64,000 bases of DNA from Callorhinchus milii (lineage: Eukaryota): contig NW_024704743.1 of the NCBI RefSeq assembly GCF_018977255.1, positions 94,738,001-94,802,000 on the forward strand. Reading direction: 5' to 3'. Within the stretch, counting starts at the first letter, position 1. Every line of letters begins with the position of its first letter. The position numbers were made by a program, and so were the translations under genes. Of this stretch, positions 25,701 through 40,700 are shown piece after piece. Under the pieces are notes generated by a model. That model was not told where the DNA came from, made no database searches, and saw only the letters and a program-made list of their open reading frames with translations.

Positions 25701-28700
25701 GCAATTTGCCAATTACAGAAGCTCTGAAATGCTAAGAAAATTGAGTAAAAGGCCTTCTGCAGGACCCTTCCACTCTACCATCAGTAGCAAAGCTTTCAGA
25801 TACTTCACCCCAAACCTGTGGAACTCCCTGCCTCAATCGCTCAGCATTATCCCCTCTTGGCCCATCTTCAGATCATAACTGAAGACTTTCCTCTTCCCCT
25901 TTGCCCATGGTTGCCTTCCCCTTTCTCCCTGGCTCAACATCAAATTACACTACTGTTAAGAACGCCAAGGTGTTACCCCACGTGAAGGGCACCATACAAA
26001 TGCAAGTTTTTGCTGGGTGAGGCTGTGTGTATACAGGAGAGACACTGGGAGAGGCTGTGTGTATACAGTGGGAGACACTGGAAGAGTGTGTATGTATACA
26101 GGAGAGGCTGTGTGTACAGAAGAAATACTGGGAGAGGCTGTGTGTATACATGCCTGATAATAATCCTTCAAGAAAACAACAATAATGATTTGGTCACTCA
26201 ATCCACGACCGGTTGTGGGACACTTCTGTGCGCAATTGGCTGCCCCGTTTCATCCACATATACAGTCAATTCACTTTACAGTATATTCTGTGAAGTGCTT
26301 TGAGACGTCTAGAAGACGTCAAAAGTGCTGTATCAAATGCAAGGATTATTATTATTAAATCTAAACCCAGGTGGAATCTCCACGAATGAGGCCTGACAGG
26401 ATGCTGGTTATGATATAATAATAATAATCCTTGCATTTGATATAGCACTTTTCACGTCTTCTAGACATCTCAACGCGCTTCACAGAATATGCTGTAAAGT
26501 GAATTGACCATATATTTGTGGGCGAAACGCGGCAGCCAATTGAGCACAGCAGTGTCCCACAAATAGTCGTGGATTGAAAATGACCAATTTATTATTGTTT
26601 TGGAGGGATTATTATTAGGCGTGTGGAGTAAGGAAACTTGCCTAAGGTTTCGCCCTGTCTGGAATTGAACCCAGGTGTCTCGCTTGCAAGGCGAGTGCTC
26701 TAACCACTGAGCTACAGGACTCCATAATTACATGCAATAGAACCACACACAATATTCATAACATTATCAATCGCTTGTATTGAGTGACATTTTCCCTGCT
26801 GTGGTAGTGATCTCATTCAGTGAAAGGCACAGGACGATTAATTGCACCCAGAATCTTAGCAAATTCTGTCATATCACAAGTAACTTTGAACAGAAGTCAC
26901 CCTACTCTAGGATTCTTCAAGCTGGGGTTTGTGGGCACTAACGGAATCTTTTGAGCTGAGGACTGACTGTAAGGGTTAACAAATTGGCAGCTATGTATCA
27001 TGGAATATAATTTAAAACATGTTTATGATTCTACAAAGAGTAGTGGCTACAGAACAAACAGAATAAATCAACGGTGACAATGATTCCAATCTTTCTTTCA
27101 CTGGTGTGTGAAAAAAACATAGCTCACTGCCACCCGCGGTGCACTTGAGTCATGGGACTTTCATAGTCATGATAGAACTGACATAACTTATCCTCATCAG
27201 TGGGAGGCTCCTTATATCTTTTATTTATTATTGTACTCTGTGTCTCATATCTTTGAGCCCTCTAGGTACAAGAGAAAAGTACACCACGGTCAGTAGATTT
27301 TTTCCTTTCATTATATTCTTCTCTTTGCCCCTGCTTCACGCTGTGCTTGGGCTGTCGGTCACAGTGGAAGATGTTCCATGAAATAAACAAAAACTACAAA
27401 TCCCAAGAAGGAAAATAAAACATTAAAAAATGCCACATGACGCCATGTGTAAAAATACACCAGCAGAGACTCACATTTAATTGGCAAGCTCCAGTGAGAA
27501 GATTACCTTGGTCTACCGAATATCAATTACATTGACCATTTCCATACTCTATAAAATGATGAGTCAACTCGTGGCTTGGACTGTACTAGGTTCAAAATGG
27601 TTGCCATGTTTGTCTACGAAAGTAGGCACTATACATGACAGTAATTACTGCATATTGCTTTGAGACATTTTTTCATGATAAGACATGTAATATGCAAGCT
27701 CTTTCCTTCCTTCCACTTTCTGAAGCACTATTCGATATTGTAGAGAACAATAATGTATTAATATTTACAGAGGGTGCTTAGTAAAGGATAGCCTACTATT
27801 GTTCAAACATTCTCAGAAAGGGCTTTGCAGATTGGCGGGCGTAACCTTCATCAAATGCTATAACATCCTCAGTCGGCTTTGGATTTGTGAAGAAACTATT
27901 TCTCTTGTGCAACCTTAATTATTTCCTAAAACCATAATGGTTCTTTGAATAGACATTTTCCTGGAGTGAGAAGGGGTTACAACCTCTTAAGTCTAAACTT
28001 CATAAATCTAAATAATATTCTGCCTGAACTTGTACCGGCAATGAATGCTCTGTCACACTAACCTCTGCATTAAATACCTGTAAAATTAAAATCTCCTGAT
28101 CTATGGTCTTGTTTGGGGCTTATTCATTTGTTTGTTTACACTGCAGTTCTACTCTCATAATCTAATTAAATCACTTCCTATGTTTCTCAGCATTTTAAAG
28201 ACCTGAATCATGCCATCTTCTCAGCCTGCTGATTTCCACTGAAAACAAGTTCAGTTCCATATACGAGTGTCTACTCATAACGTACAACTGTTTGCAGGGC
28301 ATTGCTGTGTGTAAATTGCCTACAGATAACAGTCACTACATTTCCCAGAAAATCCCATGAAACATGTTCAGATGTTTCGACAACATAAGGCACTACTGGA
28401 TATCAAATGCAAGGATCATTATTTAGGTCCACTTGTTCTCCACAGAACACTTCAAGGTCATTTAATTGATTTAGTATGAGTTCCATAAACATTCATCTTT
28501 TTTTTAAAAAAAGCTTCAAGTGTAATGGAAGAATCCAATCACTCTACTTGGATTTCCCTCTGCTAAGATTGAGAACTTGCTGAGTGGGGAATTTAGAGGA
28601 GATATAAACCCAATGTGTTATACTGGCTCTTTACTTTGAAAAATCACTATCTTTATGCCAAATGGCCTGAAGTTTAAAAGTAAATACTATATTTGGCAAT

Positions 28701-31700
28701 AGGTCTGCCCAAGAAAGTCAGTGAAACCATCCGAATCAGCTCAAAACAATGACTTACCTGTCGGTGATTCTGGGTGCTCATCTGCTACCTTTAGTGGGGT
28801 CAGTACTACGCAGGGAATAGCCTTGTTCATCATCATGGAAACACCAATCCTCCGTTTCTGTTGCTGCTTCAATGCCTATCAATTACATCACGATACAAAA
28901 TAAGTGACTAAGCAACAAACTCTTTTGCTACTTTATAGCACAAAAATAATCTATTAAACTAAAATATCAAAAGCTTCATTTGTCATAACTTTCTTAATAC
29001 AATGAACATGACCACAATGATTTGACAAGAGCTGGGGTGTGGTTCTGCACCAGATTACACAACCTTTTCATTAGTTTTGCCAAAAGGTCAAATTAATACA
29101 ACTCAGCTGTTATATGCTTTAAGTTATGAAACATATCCAATGGATGTATTTTCAGAACATTATTCAGAATAGTGGTATGTTATGCACTCTGTGATCAGTG
29201 TTCCTTAGCAATGCTCAATCATCTTGTCATCTGAAGTGATCAAAATCCAGGAATAATAATAATAATCCTTGCATTAGATATAGCGCTTTTCACATCTTCT
29301 CGACGTCTCAAAGCGCTTCACAGAATAGACTGCAAAGTGAATTTATGGTATATATTTTGTGGGCGAAACTCCCTAATGAACAACATAACAGGAGCACTAT
29401 TCCCCCAACACCTGCAGTAATTTAAAGAGAAGCCCACCACACCCACATCTACAATCCACAAGGCACGGACAATACATTCCGGCAAAACACAAGTGTCTCC
29501 CACATCTCAACACATAGCAAACTAAATCTCCTGTGCTCCATTCAAAACTCTCAGGGTCTACCGTGGAACTTCGAATGGACTGTTGTCTAACAACTAGTAT
29601 TTCTACGTAGAATAAGATTTCAGAGTATTTAAGTTATACCCTGAGATTGGCACAGTGATTGCACCCAAGAAAATCTCCGGACTGAAGGTTTCACCAATGG
29701 TGGAGACCAACAATTTAGTGCATTCAGAACAGGGCACTGACTGAATTATTCCATATAAAGCAGCCTTCAATGCTTGCCTACAAAATGCCAGATTAAACTT
29801 CTGTTTGTTAGAAAATTCAATGATGGCGTCACAATTTTTGTAAAAACAACAACAAAGTTACATTTGTATTGCGTCTTTCACATAGGGAGGGAGTCCTAAA
29901 GTGCTGGACAATCAGTGTTTCGGTCCCGAGCTGGGGGTCGGGATCAGGGAGAGTGGAGGGCAGGGGGGGAAAGGAGGGTGATCGAAGGCACGATCAAAGA
30001 GGAGGATCTTGAGACTGGTCTTGAAGGAGACAAGGGAGGGGGCTAGGCGAAGGGATGTCCAAAGTGTGGGGACAGAGGAGTAGAGTGGCAGAAGGCCCAA
30101 CTGCCAATGGTGGGGCAGGCAAGGTGGGGGATGTGAGGCAGGCTGGAGTCTGCTGAACGGAGGGAGCAGGCAGGTTGATAGGGGGTTAGAAGATCGCAGA
30201 AGTAGGGGGGAGCAAGGCCATGGAGGGCTTTGAAGATGAGGACCAGGATCTTGAACTGTATCCTCCGTGTGATGGGAAGCCAGTGGAGTCGAGCGAGGAT
30301 GGGGGTGATAGGGTTGCATAGCCTGGTGCGGGAGAGGATGCAGGCTACAGAGTTCTGGATGATCTGCAGCCTATGGAGGGAGGAGATGGGGAGAGCGACA
30401 AGCAAGGAGTTTGCATAGTCGAGCTGGATGTTATGAATGCGTGTACGAGGGTTTCAGTGGCCTGCGGTGTGAGACAGTGTCAGAGCCGGGCAGCACAGAT
30501 GTGGGACAGAAAGGATAGTTGAGGGTCAAACAAGATGCCAAGGTTCCGGACGGGCTTAGTAAGGTGGAGTGTGCATCCTTGGATGGCGATACTGTCAATG
30601 CCTGAAGTGTGGAGGCGCTGACGGGAGCCAATCAGGAGAGCCTCTGTCTTGTAGATGTTCAACTGTAGAAAGTTAGCTCTCATCCAGGACTTGATGTCTG
30701 ACAGACATTCTGTCAGGACAGCAGTGGTCCTGGAGTCAAGGGTGGAGGCAGAGAGATAGAGTTGGGTGACATGTGGAAGTTGACCCCTCGTCTGCGGATG
30801 ATGTCACCAAGAGGGAGACTATAGATATTGAAAAGCAGGGAACTAAGGACAGAGCCCTGTGGATCGCCGCATAAGATGGCGCGGGAGCTAGAGGAGAAAC
30901 CGTTTGTGGAGACGACGTGAAGACGGTGTGAGAGGTAGGATCTGAACCAGTCAAGGACAGAACCTTGAAGGTTGAGATGACAGTCACGAAAAGGCCGAAC
31001 CTAGGTGGGTTAGTCGGCAGGATGATACATTAATAAAAGGGCACAAACTAGCAAAGTTTCACAACGAATGTTTGAATTAGCAAATGGAATCCACAATGTT
31101 GTAAAATTTAAGACTGTCCTGAATTCAGTTTCAATTAGGAAACTGATTATCTGCTTTGGAACACTGTCCCCAAAATTTGCAATAAAACACTTTGAGACTT
31201 GCAGACATCACAGGTGCTGTAAAAATCCAATTCCTACTTTTGAAATTTAAGACCATTTTCCAAAAGAAAATTGTGCGTTTTAGACAATGGTCTGAAAACT
31301 TCAGAACAGAGTTTGGCTCCCTATTATCTACATACTGTATAAGAGTTCTTTCTGCCTGTTGTCTGGACAACAGTGTAAAATATTTCTCTTTCTCCGTGAA
31401 TCTGAGCCAAAATAAAAGTCTGTGGGCGTTCAGGATCAGTAGGCCAATTTATTCCGAGTGTGAAGTATTCACTGAATTGCAAAGGGACATCTTGCCAAGC
31501 TTCCCTCAGCAGCTCTTCAACATATTCATGTCCTCCTCCTCCTCCTGCCTCTGGTACACCCATATTTCAATATAATTTCACGTGTTCAATTATTAAGCTT
31601 TGTCAATCATAACACAAAATGTGCTCCTCTTTATGCAAAATGACCACCTTTTCCTGAAGACCCCGACGGACACCTACATTTTCCTCCGGCGTGTTCTTAT

Positions 31701-34700
31701 GAGCCTGAATCTACCAGGATGTAGTTAAAAAGACAATTCAGATTCAGGCATGAAACAATAAATGTTATTCTTGCATCTTTTTATGAGCTCCTAAGGCCAG
31801 AAATTGCACCCAGAATGAGTGGAAGACAATTGTGCCTTACAATTTAAGATTGGGAGGATACGTGCAAAGCGTGCAAATTCAATCTTGATTTGGAAGCCGA
31901 AGTGCTTAAAATGCTTCAAAATTAACGACAAATTTAAGAATTTTTCACAATTCTTGACAGTTTTAAATGTGAAAACAAAATGGTCTCATAGGCTGAGACT
32001 AGGTCAACTCTTGAGCTTGTGATGCCTTGCAATATTTCTCAAACATTCATATTTACTGACTGAAAAATGTAATTCCCTCCGAGACCCAAAAAATGAAGAT
32101 GATAGCTATCCAATAATATTTTTAGTTGGCAGCATTTCATTGTTTGGCTTGGTTACGTGTTTCTGGGTGTGTTACAGTGCAACTTGGAACCCATACTCTA
32201 GGCTGACATTATCTTGCAGTGCTGGTGATGTGCATTGGCATTGGAGATGCCGTACTTCAGATTAGGTCCCAACTGTCTGTCCAGGTGGACGTTAAAGATT
32301 TCATGACAGTATTTGAAAAGAGAAGGGAGAAGGCCAACAACCCCTCAAATAAAATTGGTTATTCACTCCATGGCATGGCTGTAGGACATTACTGTGTGCA
32401 AATTTGCTGCTGCTTTTCACCCACAAAATACACAGTCAAACCACTTTGCAGCATATCCTGTGAATCACTTTGAGATGGCTCAATGACATAAGGCAGTGTA
32501 TCAAATGCAAGGATTAATATTAAATATAGTATTTGGGGGTAAATTCATAATTAAATCTTATAAGTAGGATTATTGATGCCAATGGTGACAAGCTGAGTAG
32601 ATGAGAGGAATATGGAAATCTGCCTCTATTAGTGATGATAGTAAAAGTCCCAATTTCTTCTTTTGCTTCTTCTTCCTTGTTGCCTTGCTAGGTTGTGCTT
32701 TGTTTCTGTTTCAGTTGTTTATTAAGCCTTGATATCTTTCTACTTTGACCATTTTTGTTTGGTTTGGCTGTAGTTCCCTGTCAGGAGTCTCAAATTCTAT
32801 TAAACGTCCCCCTCCGTGACTTGCTATTTTCTCCTCACCAATATGTCTTCCTGCAAATCTTTCAGTGCACAGATTGTGCAAACAATCGAACAGGTAAATG
32901 AATAGATTCCCAGAGGCATCACCCACACAGATGTCTGTTTGTAGACAGCTTCTCTGGTTTCTACTCAGCAAGTTTTCCTCTTAACTTATGCGAGGACATA
33001 GGATGTCTCAGTTTTCAAAAAAAATGTTTTGCAAAATCAGGTGAGCCAAATACTCTGAACCAACAGAGATTCAACACTCCACCTCCCACCCCCCCACCTC
33101 CCAACTTAGGTTTAGTCTGTTTTGCCTGAAAATTTAAGAAAGACCAAATTGTGGAAAATCATTAAATTTGGTCTTAATTTTGAAGTTGTTTTTCAGTAAT
33201 TCTTAAAAATGAACTGGTTTGTGAATTAAATCTGGATTTAAGAATTTTCCACAATTCTGCACAACCTTGAATTTGAAATTCAGGAAGGTCTTGTAGGCCA
33301 AGATTCTGTCATTTTTTTGAGGTTTAGTCAGTTTATATTCCTGATACCATTTGTTTTCAATCTTCCATCTCTTCAAAACAACAACTTACAGTTACATGGC
33401 AACTTTCACATTAAAGCAGTTGACAAACAATAAATAAGTTTTAAATAATAAGCATATAACCATTTGAGCCCAGCATCCCACTACTGTCTTAGCTTTAAAT
33501 TCAATGTTCTTATTTTAATATGTATATAATAATACTGGCATTTGCTATAGCGCCTCATCACGTCTTGGAGACATCTCAAAGCACTTTAAAGAATATACTA
33601 TAAAGTGGATTGATTGACTGTATATTTTGTGGACGAAAAAGCTGTTAAAAGCTGTTGAAAAGCCGGTTGAAGTTGTTAACCGATTCACCATCAAATATGT
33701 ATGTAAATATCAAGCAAAAACATTGAGATCAGCACAATGTGGACTGCCGTAGATTAGTGGTTAAAATATTCACCTTGCAAGTGAGAGGACCTGGGTTTGA
33801 TTCCTGGGCAGGGTAAAACCTTTGCCAAATTTCCTTACTTCACATCCTTCTATTTACCTAATAGTAAGTGTAGGAACCTGGTTTTCAGTTGATTGGCGGA
33901 TCGATCTCCGGGGTAATAATCCCTCCAAAATAACTAACTAAATAAATAAATTGGTCACTCAATCCATGACTGTGGGACAGTGCTGTGCGCAATTGGCTGC
34001 TGCATTTCACCCACAATTTACAGTATATCCTGTGAAGCGCTTTGAGAAGTCTCAATACGTGACAAGGCGCTATATCAAATGCGAGGATTATTATTATTAA
34101 GTTCCAATACAGAATTGGCTTTCCTCACATACTCTAGCCTCTACAAGCTTTCCTCTAATCTCAGAACACTCCCATTGTCTCCCTCAAGCTCTGTCTGACA
34201 AGCACTGCAGTTCTCTTGAACAAGGATTGTAATGCAGGGCTGAAGATGCCCTTGTGACTGACCAGCAAAGAAACTGCAAGTGAGCTCATATTCACCTTTG
34301 TAATAATCAATGGATTCCCTCAACAAATCATTTTGGAAATGTCAAATGCACTAGAAATTAATATACTGTATTTCTTGACTATGTATTTCAAAGTGGAAAA
34401 TTCAGTGAAAGGCAAAGTGCTTAATACTTAGATCTAACCTGTTAACCTTTTTTCTTTCTGTAAAGCAAATTTATGTGTTTGACTCATTAAGTGAGGTCTC
34501 CTCAGGGTTGAATTAGCTCTGAGGAGACATGTCTGGCAAAGGCAGACAGGTCTGCAATAATAGAAGGCGTAGACAATAGTTGACCAGACTCTCTGGCACA
34601 GAAGTGAAGATGTCTCTTAGGTAAGGTACCGTTGGACTTAGCTTGTACCGTTAAGCTGCATAGTTAAAATCATAAGGCGGAAGTACATTTTGCATGTTAT

Positions 34701-37700
34701 GACTGCAAATGTAAGCTGGACAATGCTTTCCAGTTTTTAGCCTCCTCTAAAATCATAGAATAACGGATGGTTACAGCACAGAAATAGCCCATTTGACCGT
34801 TGAGTCTGCGATCATACTTTTCCTCCATGAGCCACTTAATCTCATCACACTCTGCTGATCGCTATCCAAATTTTTCATTATTTCATCTACCTTACAGTAA
34901 TTCTCTTTCAGAATAATGTATGGATTCTGCTTCACCAACAGCTTGTGGCAGGGAGGTCTAGCTTCTAACATCCTCTGTATGAAGATAATGATACAATAGG
35001 CTGTTTTTTTCAGCCTTTGTTATTTGGTTCCCCTCAGAGGTTTATAATAATAATCCTTGCAATTGATATCGCGCTTTTCACGTCTTCTAGACGTCCCAAA
35101 GCGCTTCACAGAATATACTGTAAAGTGAATTGACTGCATATTTGTGGGCGAACGCGGTAGCCAATTGCGCACAGCAATGTCCCACAAACAGTCGTGGATT
35201 GAAAATGACCAATTTATTATTGTTTTTGGTTTTGGAGGGATTATTATTAGGCTCTGTGTGGAGTAAGGAAACTTGCCCAAGGTTTCGCCCTCTGCCGGGA
35301 ATTGAACTCAGGTCTCTCACTTGCAAAGTGAGTGCTCTAACCACTGAGCTACAGGACTCCACATGATGACTGATATAATGAATACAGTGGATAAGAGTTC
35401 CTGTCCATATCTATGATCAGCTGTCCATTTTGTAACGGATGCTGTGCATAACGCTGTCCATAACGCAAGTCAAGCCTATCTGGAAGTTGCAATTTCTATC
35501 AACAATTTATTTTTGTGTTACCTCTTTAGTTAGACACACACTGCACACTGGTATTCAGAGTGACCAGAGACCCAAGGCCCAAGAGACACTGCAACTTCCA
35601 AGGTGCTGAGCAGAGCTTCATACAGAGAGCATGGGTGAATCTGTTTGAAAATGTCCTATTGCTATGGCAACAACTAGTTAGCATCCTGCGAATTCGCCTG
35701 AGGCACAACATCCCTACCGTATTAAGTCTTTGGCAAGTTTCCTTACTCCACACCCCTCTGTTTCAAGTCCCACGTTGGAACTCACGTAGTCTAAACTGGC
35801 ACTTCAGTGCAGTGTGTGACGGGGGAGTGCTGCATTGTTGGAGGTGCTTCGGATGTCTGCCTCTTCAGATGGACGTTAAATATCCCATGACCATGAGTCA
35901 CTCCCGGCGTCCTGGACAATAATCCCCCAAATAAAATTGGTCATTCACTCCATGGCTGTTTGAGGGACATTGCTGTGTGCAAATCGTCTGACTCATTCCC
36001 CCACAAAAGAGTCACTGCCCTTTACAGTATGCCCTGTGAAGCACTTTGGGACATCTTCCTGACGTAAAAAGCACTATGCCAAATGTAAAGATTATTATTA
36101 ATTGTGGTAAATTCTTAAACTCAGTCTTAATTTGGAAACAGATTCTACTGTTATGAACTATAGAATAATATCTTCCAAATGAAGATGAAATGTAAGAATT
36201 TTCTAGAATTCCTTGCGAGCTTAGATTTTAACACAAAACAATCTTAAACAAAGACCTCAGAATGGATGCAACATTTTATTTTAAGTCAGAAATAGATACC
36301 TGAGAGTGAGTTATAAGCTTTAAATCTAATCATCTGAAATTAAACCCACAGGCGAGATGCCTCAGCAGTTTATAGCCATCTGAGCCCCAAGATTGGATTA
36401 TACACTTGATTCACTCCCTGGAATCTGTTATAAGAGAAGAAAATAAACAGTATTGCATTTGTGTGAAGGTAACTTTCTTTCATCTGTATTGATTGCTGGA
36501 GATGGCCCAGTAATGGACATTGGGAGAAGTATAATGAGAAACAAAGAGACTTAATACGGTACACAGTGCTGGAGCATGGGGGAGAAGGTACCATTGAAAT
36601 GGGAAGAGGGTGACAGCAATGAGTGGAGACAGTGTTGGTTGAGATGTACAGTGTGTCATGCAGAAGATGGGGGACAAAGTCTATAGTGAGTGATGGAGTG
36701 GATGGGGGATGAGGTCAAAAGTGCGTGATAGAGGGCTTGTGAGACTAGGTCTATAGTGAATTATACAACAATAACCTGTACTTATATAGCACCCTCCATG
36801 CACAGTTGCCTCTCAAAGCACTTAAATCATGGAGAGGGTGTGAGACTAGGCTTTTAGTGAGTGATGGAGAAGGTGGGGGACAAGCACCACAGTGAGCAGT
36901 CAACATGACATAGATCTGCTTAGCATTACCTTTTCCCAGGCTCAGGGTGCTACATTTGATGACAGGTCTATGGTAAACTCCCTGCACTAGTGGTGAAAGT
37001 CATGTACAATATTGAATATGAAGAACAAATCTTCATTTTTCTATGAAAGTGTTTCCTTTGCAGGAGACTCTTCGGGTGCTTTAGTCATTCTCCTTTATGC
37101 CGGTGGATAATGTGGATAGAATTTTAGAGCCGCACAGTTTATTATTAGTTCCAACTCCTAAATGGCATTACTGTAACCATAGGAATGGGATATAATATGC
37201 ACCTGCCATTCACACAAAGGCAATGCTCCCACACTCCACCCGGTGAAGGAAAGTGGTCCCAAACATGTCTATTACAGCGACACCCTCAGTGGGTTACAGA
37301 TTTACTCACAAGGAAACAGGCCATGCAGCCCAACTAGTGCCAGCATTTATACTTCACACGAGTCTCCACCTGCTCCTTACTCCCTCCAATACCTTCCCAT
37401 TCTCCCTCCCTCATGTCATATCTTGCTTTGTCTTAAATGCATTTAGACTATTTAATTCAGATATTGTACATAGTTCTATAACCCTTTCCATTTGTTGTTA
37501 AGAGCTCCTATAATTCCCTCTGTACACACGTAATCGTCCTCACTTTCAAGGCCCTCCACGGCCTTGCTCCCTCCTACCTCTCTGGCCTGCTGACCCCCTA
37601 TCAACCTGTCTGCTCCCTCCACTCATCAGGCTCCGGCCTGCTCCAGGTCTCCCGCCTGACCCGTCCTACCATCGGTGACCTGGCTTTCAGCCTCCCTGCC

Positions 37701-40700
37701 CCCACTCTCTGGAATTCCATCCCACAATCTCATCGCCTTGCTTCCTCTCTTGCCTCCTTTAAAGCACGACTCAAGACCCTCCTTTTTGATCTTGCTTCAG
37801 CCAGCCTCCTACCCCCTCTTCCCTTCCTCATCCCAACCCCCCACACTCGAGTCCTGATCCCTGACTTTTCAGCACCTTGGGACATCCACCTGACGTGAAA
37901 GGCGCTTTACAAATTTAATTTTCTTGTTGTTATAGTACACATGTGTGTACATATGGTTTATCCAAGTTACATAGTAGACATTTCCACTACTTGTTCTGAA
38001 TATAAAGCAGCAGTTTTTTTTTATCCTGTTGCCTTAGAACATAAGAACATCTGAATTTGCTAGACGAAAGAAGATCAAGGTCCATCTAGTTCACCTTCCA
38101 TCATCCTGGCAGTCGCTTGACCAGTTGTGTCCCAAACTATATACTGTATCCCGAGATATTATTTTTTCCACCTCCTGTTATGGAGCATTCCAGTGTCACA
38201 GGACTCTCCATCCGGAGGTCAGGGTGAGAACTGTCCAAACGCCCTAAATAGGGACAGGAGAAATTAAGTGACAAGGGAATCTAGAAAACAAACACAATCG
38301 ACTGTCTGGCTTTTCCAATTTGTGCTGATAGTGCTATTAAACTGCCCCAGCACAGTCCATGTTGCTTGCTAACACATTGCACTATAACAGACTTCATCGC
38401 TTAATTAACATGGTAATCCAAGCCGCCGTATATAATTTGCACTTATTGCATGACCATGACTGACGACTGCACCCTAAAGGCAGTAAATTTTAGATTTAAT
38501 TCCATTTGAAATATATGGAGAGAAAAGGTTGCTATGCTACCAGTTTCGGAAGAAATTAATGCTTTCAACTCTTGTAAGAAAATCAGCTTAATTGTTCATG
38601 AAAGAATACAGTTTAAATTTCTTAAAAATAAGCATTTGATGAACTTCTTGCATATAGGAAGCAAGTGCGATGTTGTAAATGTATTTGTAGATTAATGGTA
38701 AAGACTGAAATTTGCCAAAATGCAAAATGCAAAATGAACCAGAAATGTGGCAATGGGTTCTCTATGGTACATTTGCTTTTTCATTAAAAACTCCAGCAAA
38801 CTGTTTGTTTGTCAGTCATCATCTTAATTGCTTGTAGGTTTACTGAAAGTGTTTGCTTTGTGTTACAAATAATGTTTATTATAGTACAAAGATTGTTTGG
38901 AACAATCTGTTCTCAACAAGGATCTAATCTTGAGCCTCTTCATTCTTGCCTCGACTATTTCAAAGCTGATGTTGACCTGTCCTTTACCCAGCATTTGTTC
39001 TTTCACCACAAGGAACCATTTGTAATTCTGATCCTTCTCTACTGCCCCAAGCTTCTCACTCTTCTTCAACATTTCCCTTCACTTACAACCATAGAAAGCA
39101 TAGACATTTACAGCACATAAATTTGGCCCATCGTTCCTGTACTGGGTCTTTTAAAGAGAAATCCTGCCTTCTAAATTTAGGCTTTCTTTTGACTGTATTG
39201 CAGCAATTAAACACCTATGTTTCTCCACTTTTCTGGCTCTTATTTAGTTTACAGCTACTGAAAGCTTCCAGCTCCGATTTATTGATAATAATCCTTACAT
39301 TTGGTATACAGACTTTCACGTCGAGAGCACATTTCAAAGCATTTATAGGATATAATAATAATAATAATAATCTTCGCATTTGATATAGCACCTTATCACA
39401 TCTTTGAGATGTCTCGAAGCGCTTCACAGAATATACTGTAAAATGAATTGACAGTGTATTTTGTGGGTGAAACGCAGGAGCCAATTGCGCACCGATACTA
39501 TAAAGTGTAATGTCTGTGTACCTTGTAGACAAATGCAGCAGGCAATTTGTGTACAGCAATGATCCATAAGCAGCCATGAAGTGAATGACCAATTTCATTT
39601 GGGGGATTTGTTGGTCAGGACACCGGGGTGAAACTACCTCTTTCGAATAGTCCCATGGGATCTTTAACATCCATCTGAATAGACAGACAGGATCTCGGTT
39701 TAAAGTCTCACCTGAAGGACGGCACCTCCAGCGATGCAGCACATCCCCTTGCATGGCATTGGAGTGTCTACACTTCAGTTAAGACTAAGCATAGGCTTGG
39801 AACCCACAACCATCTGATGCAGAGGCAAGAGTGCTACCAACTGAGCTAGGCTGACACACAATTCTAAACCAACAATAAAATAGTAAAATAAATAAAAGCC
39901 TTCAGGGATAATCATTGGGAATCCTGAAATGTGCTGTAATAGCATATCAATTTTCCCACCTTACAAGTTAATTTATCTATATTTCTTATAAACAAGAGTA
40001 CCTTTCAAATTAGATTCATTAAATCCCTTTACACTTTACAGTGGCTGAGGAACTACAACAACAACAACAACAAGATTCCATTTATAAAGCGCCTTTCACG
40101 TCAGGAGGACGTCCCAAGGCGCTGCACAGTTGGGTCCTATAACTTCTGGGTGTTGCACAAACTAAAAATAAACACAGAAATGCCAGTTGTTTAAGTTCAA
40201 ATACAAGCACAGTGGAGAACAAATGAAGAAAAGTAGATGTGTAGAATCTCCCAACTTAAATTGCTCCATTCACGAAACTGTCGGTAAAGGTCTGAAAGCT
40301 TTTCTAAAGGTTAATTTTTAGACCAAAACTTGTAAAAGAGTAGAAATCAATGAAAATTCCCGGCAGGGTTTTTGTCTAATGGCACAAAATTGAATTCATG
40401 CACATGGTGCAGCATTTTGTTCAGGTTCTTCATTTGTTTGTTTGAATGGGAACATTCGGTGGGTTATTTGATCATGGAGACCTGATCGCACTTTTTCTTT
40501 CTGGCATGAGAAGCCACTTATGCTGTCGGTTTCTCGATGAGCATTTTTCAAATTTCATCAGCGCCTGCTGCCATCTGCATAGAGGCAATTGCAGGTTTAC
40601 TGGGAAGTAAAGTGCTGGGCGAGATATGTATATGTTTGGACAAGGCTTTCCAATTTTTTCCTCCCCTCGTTTCAAGGTCTGTCTCAAGACCTCGTTTTTG

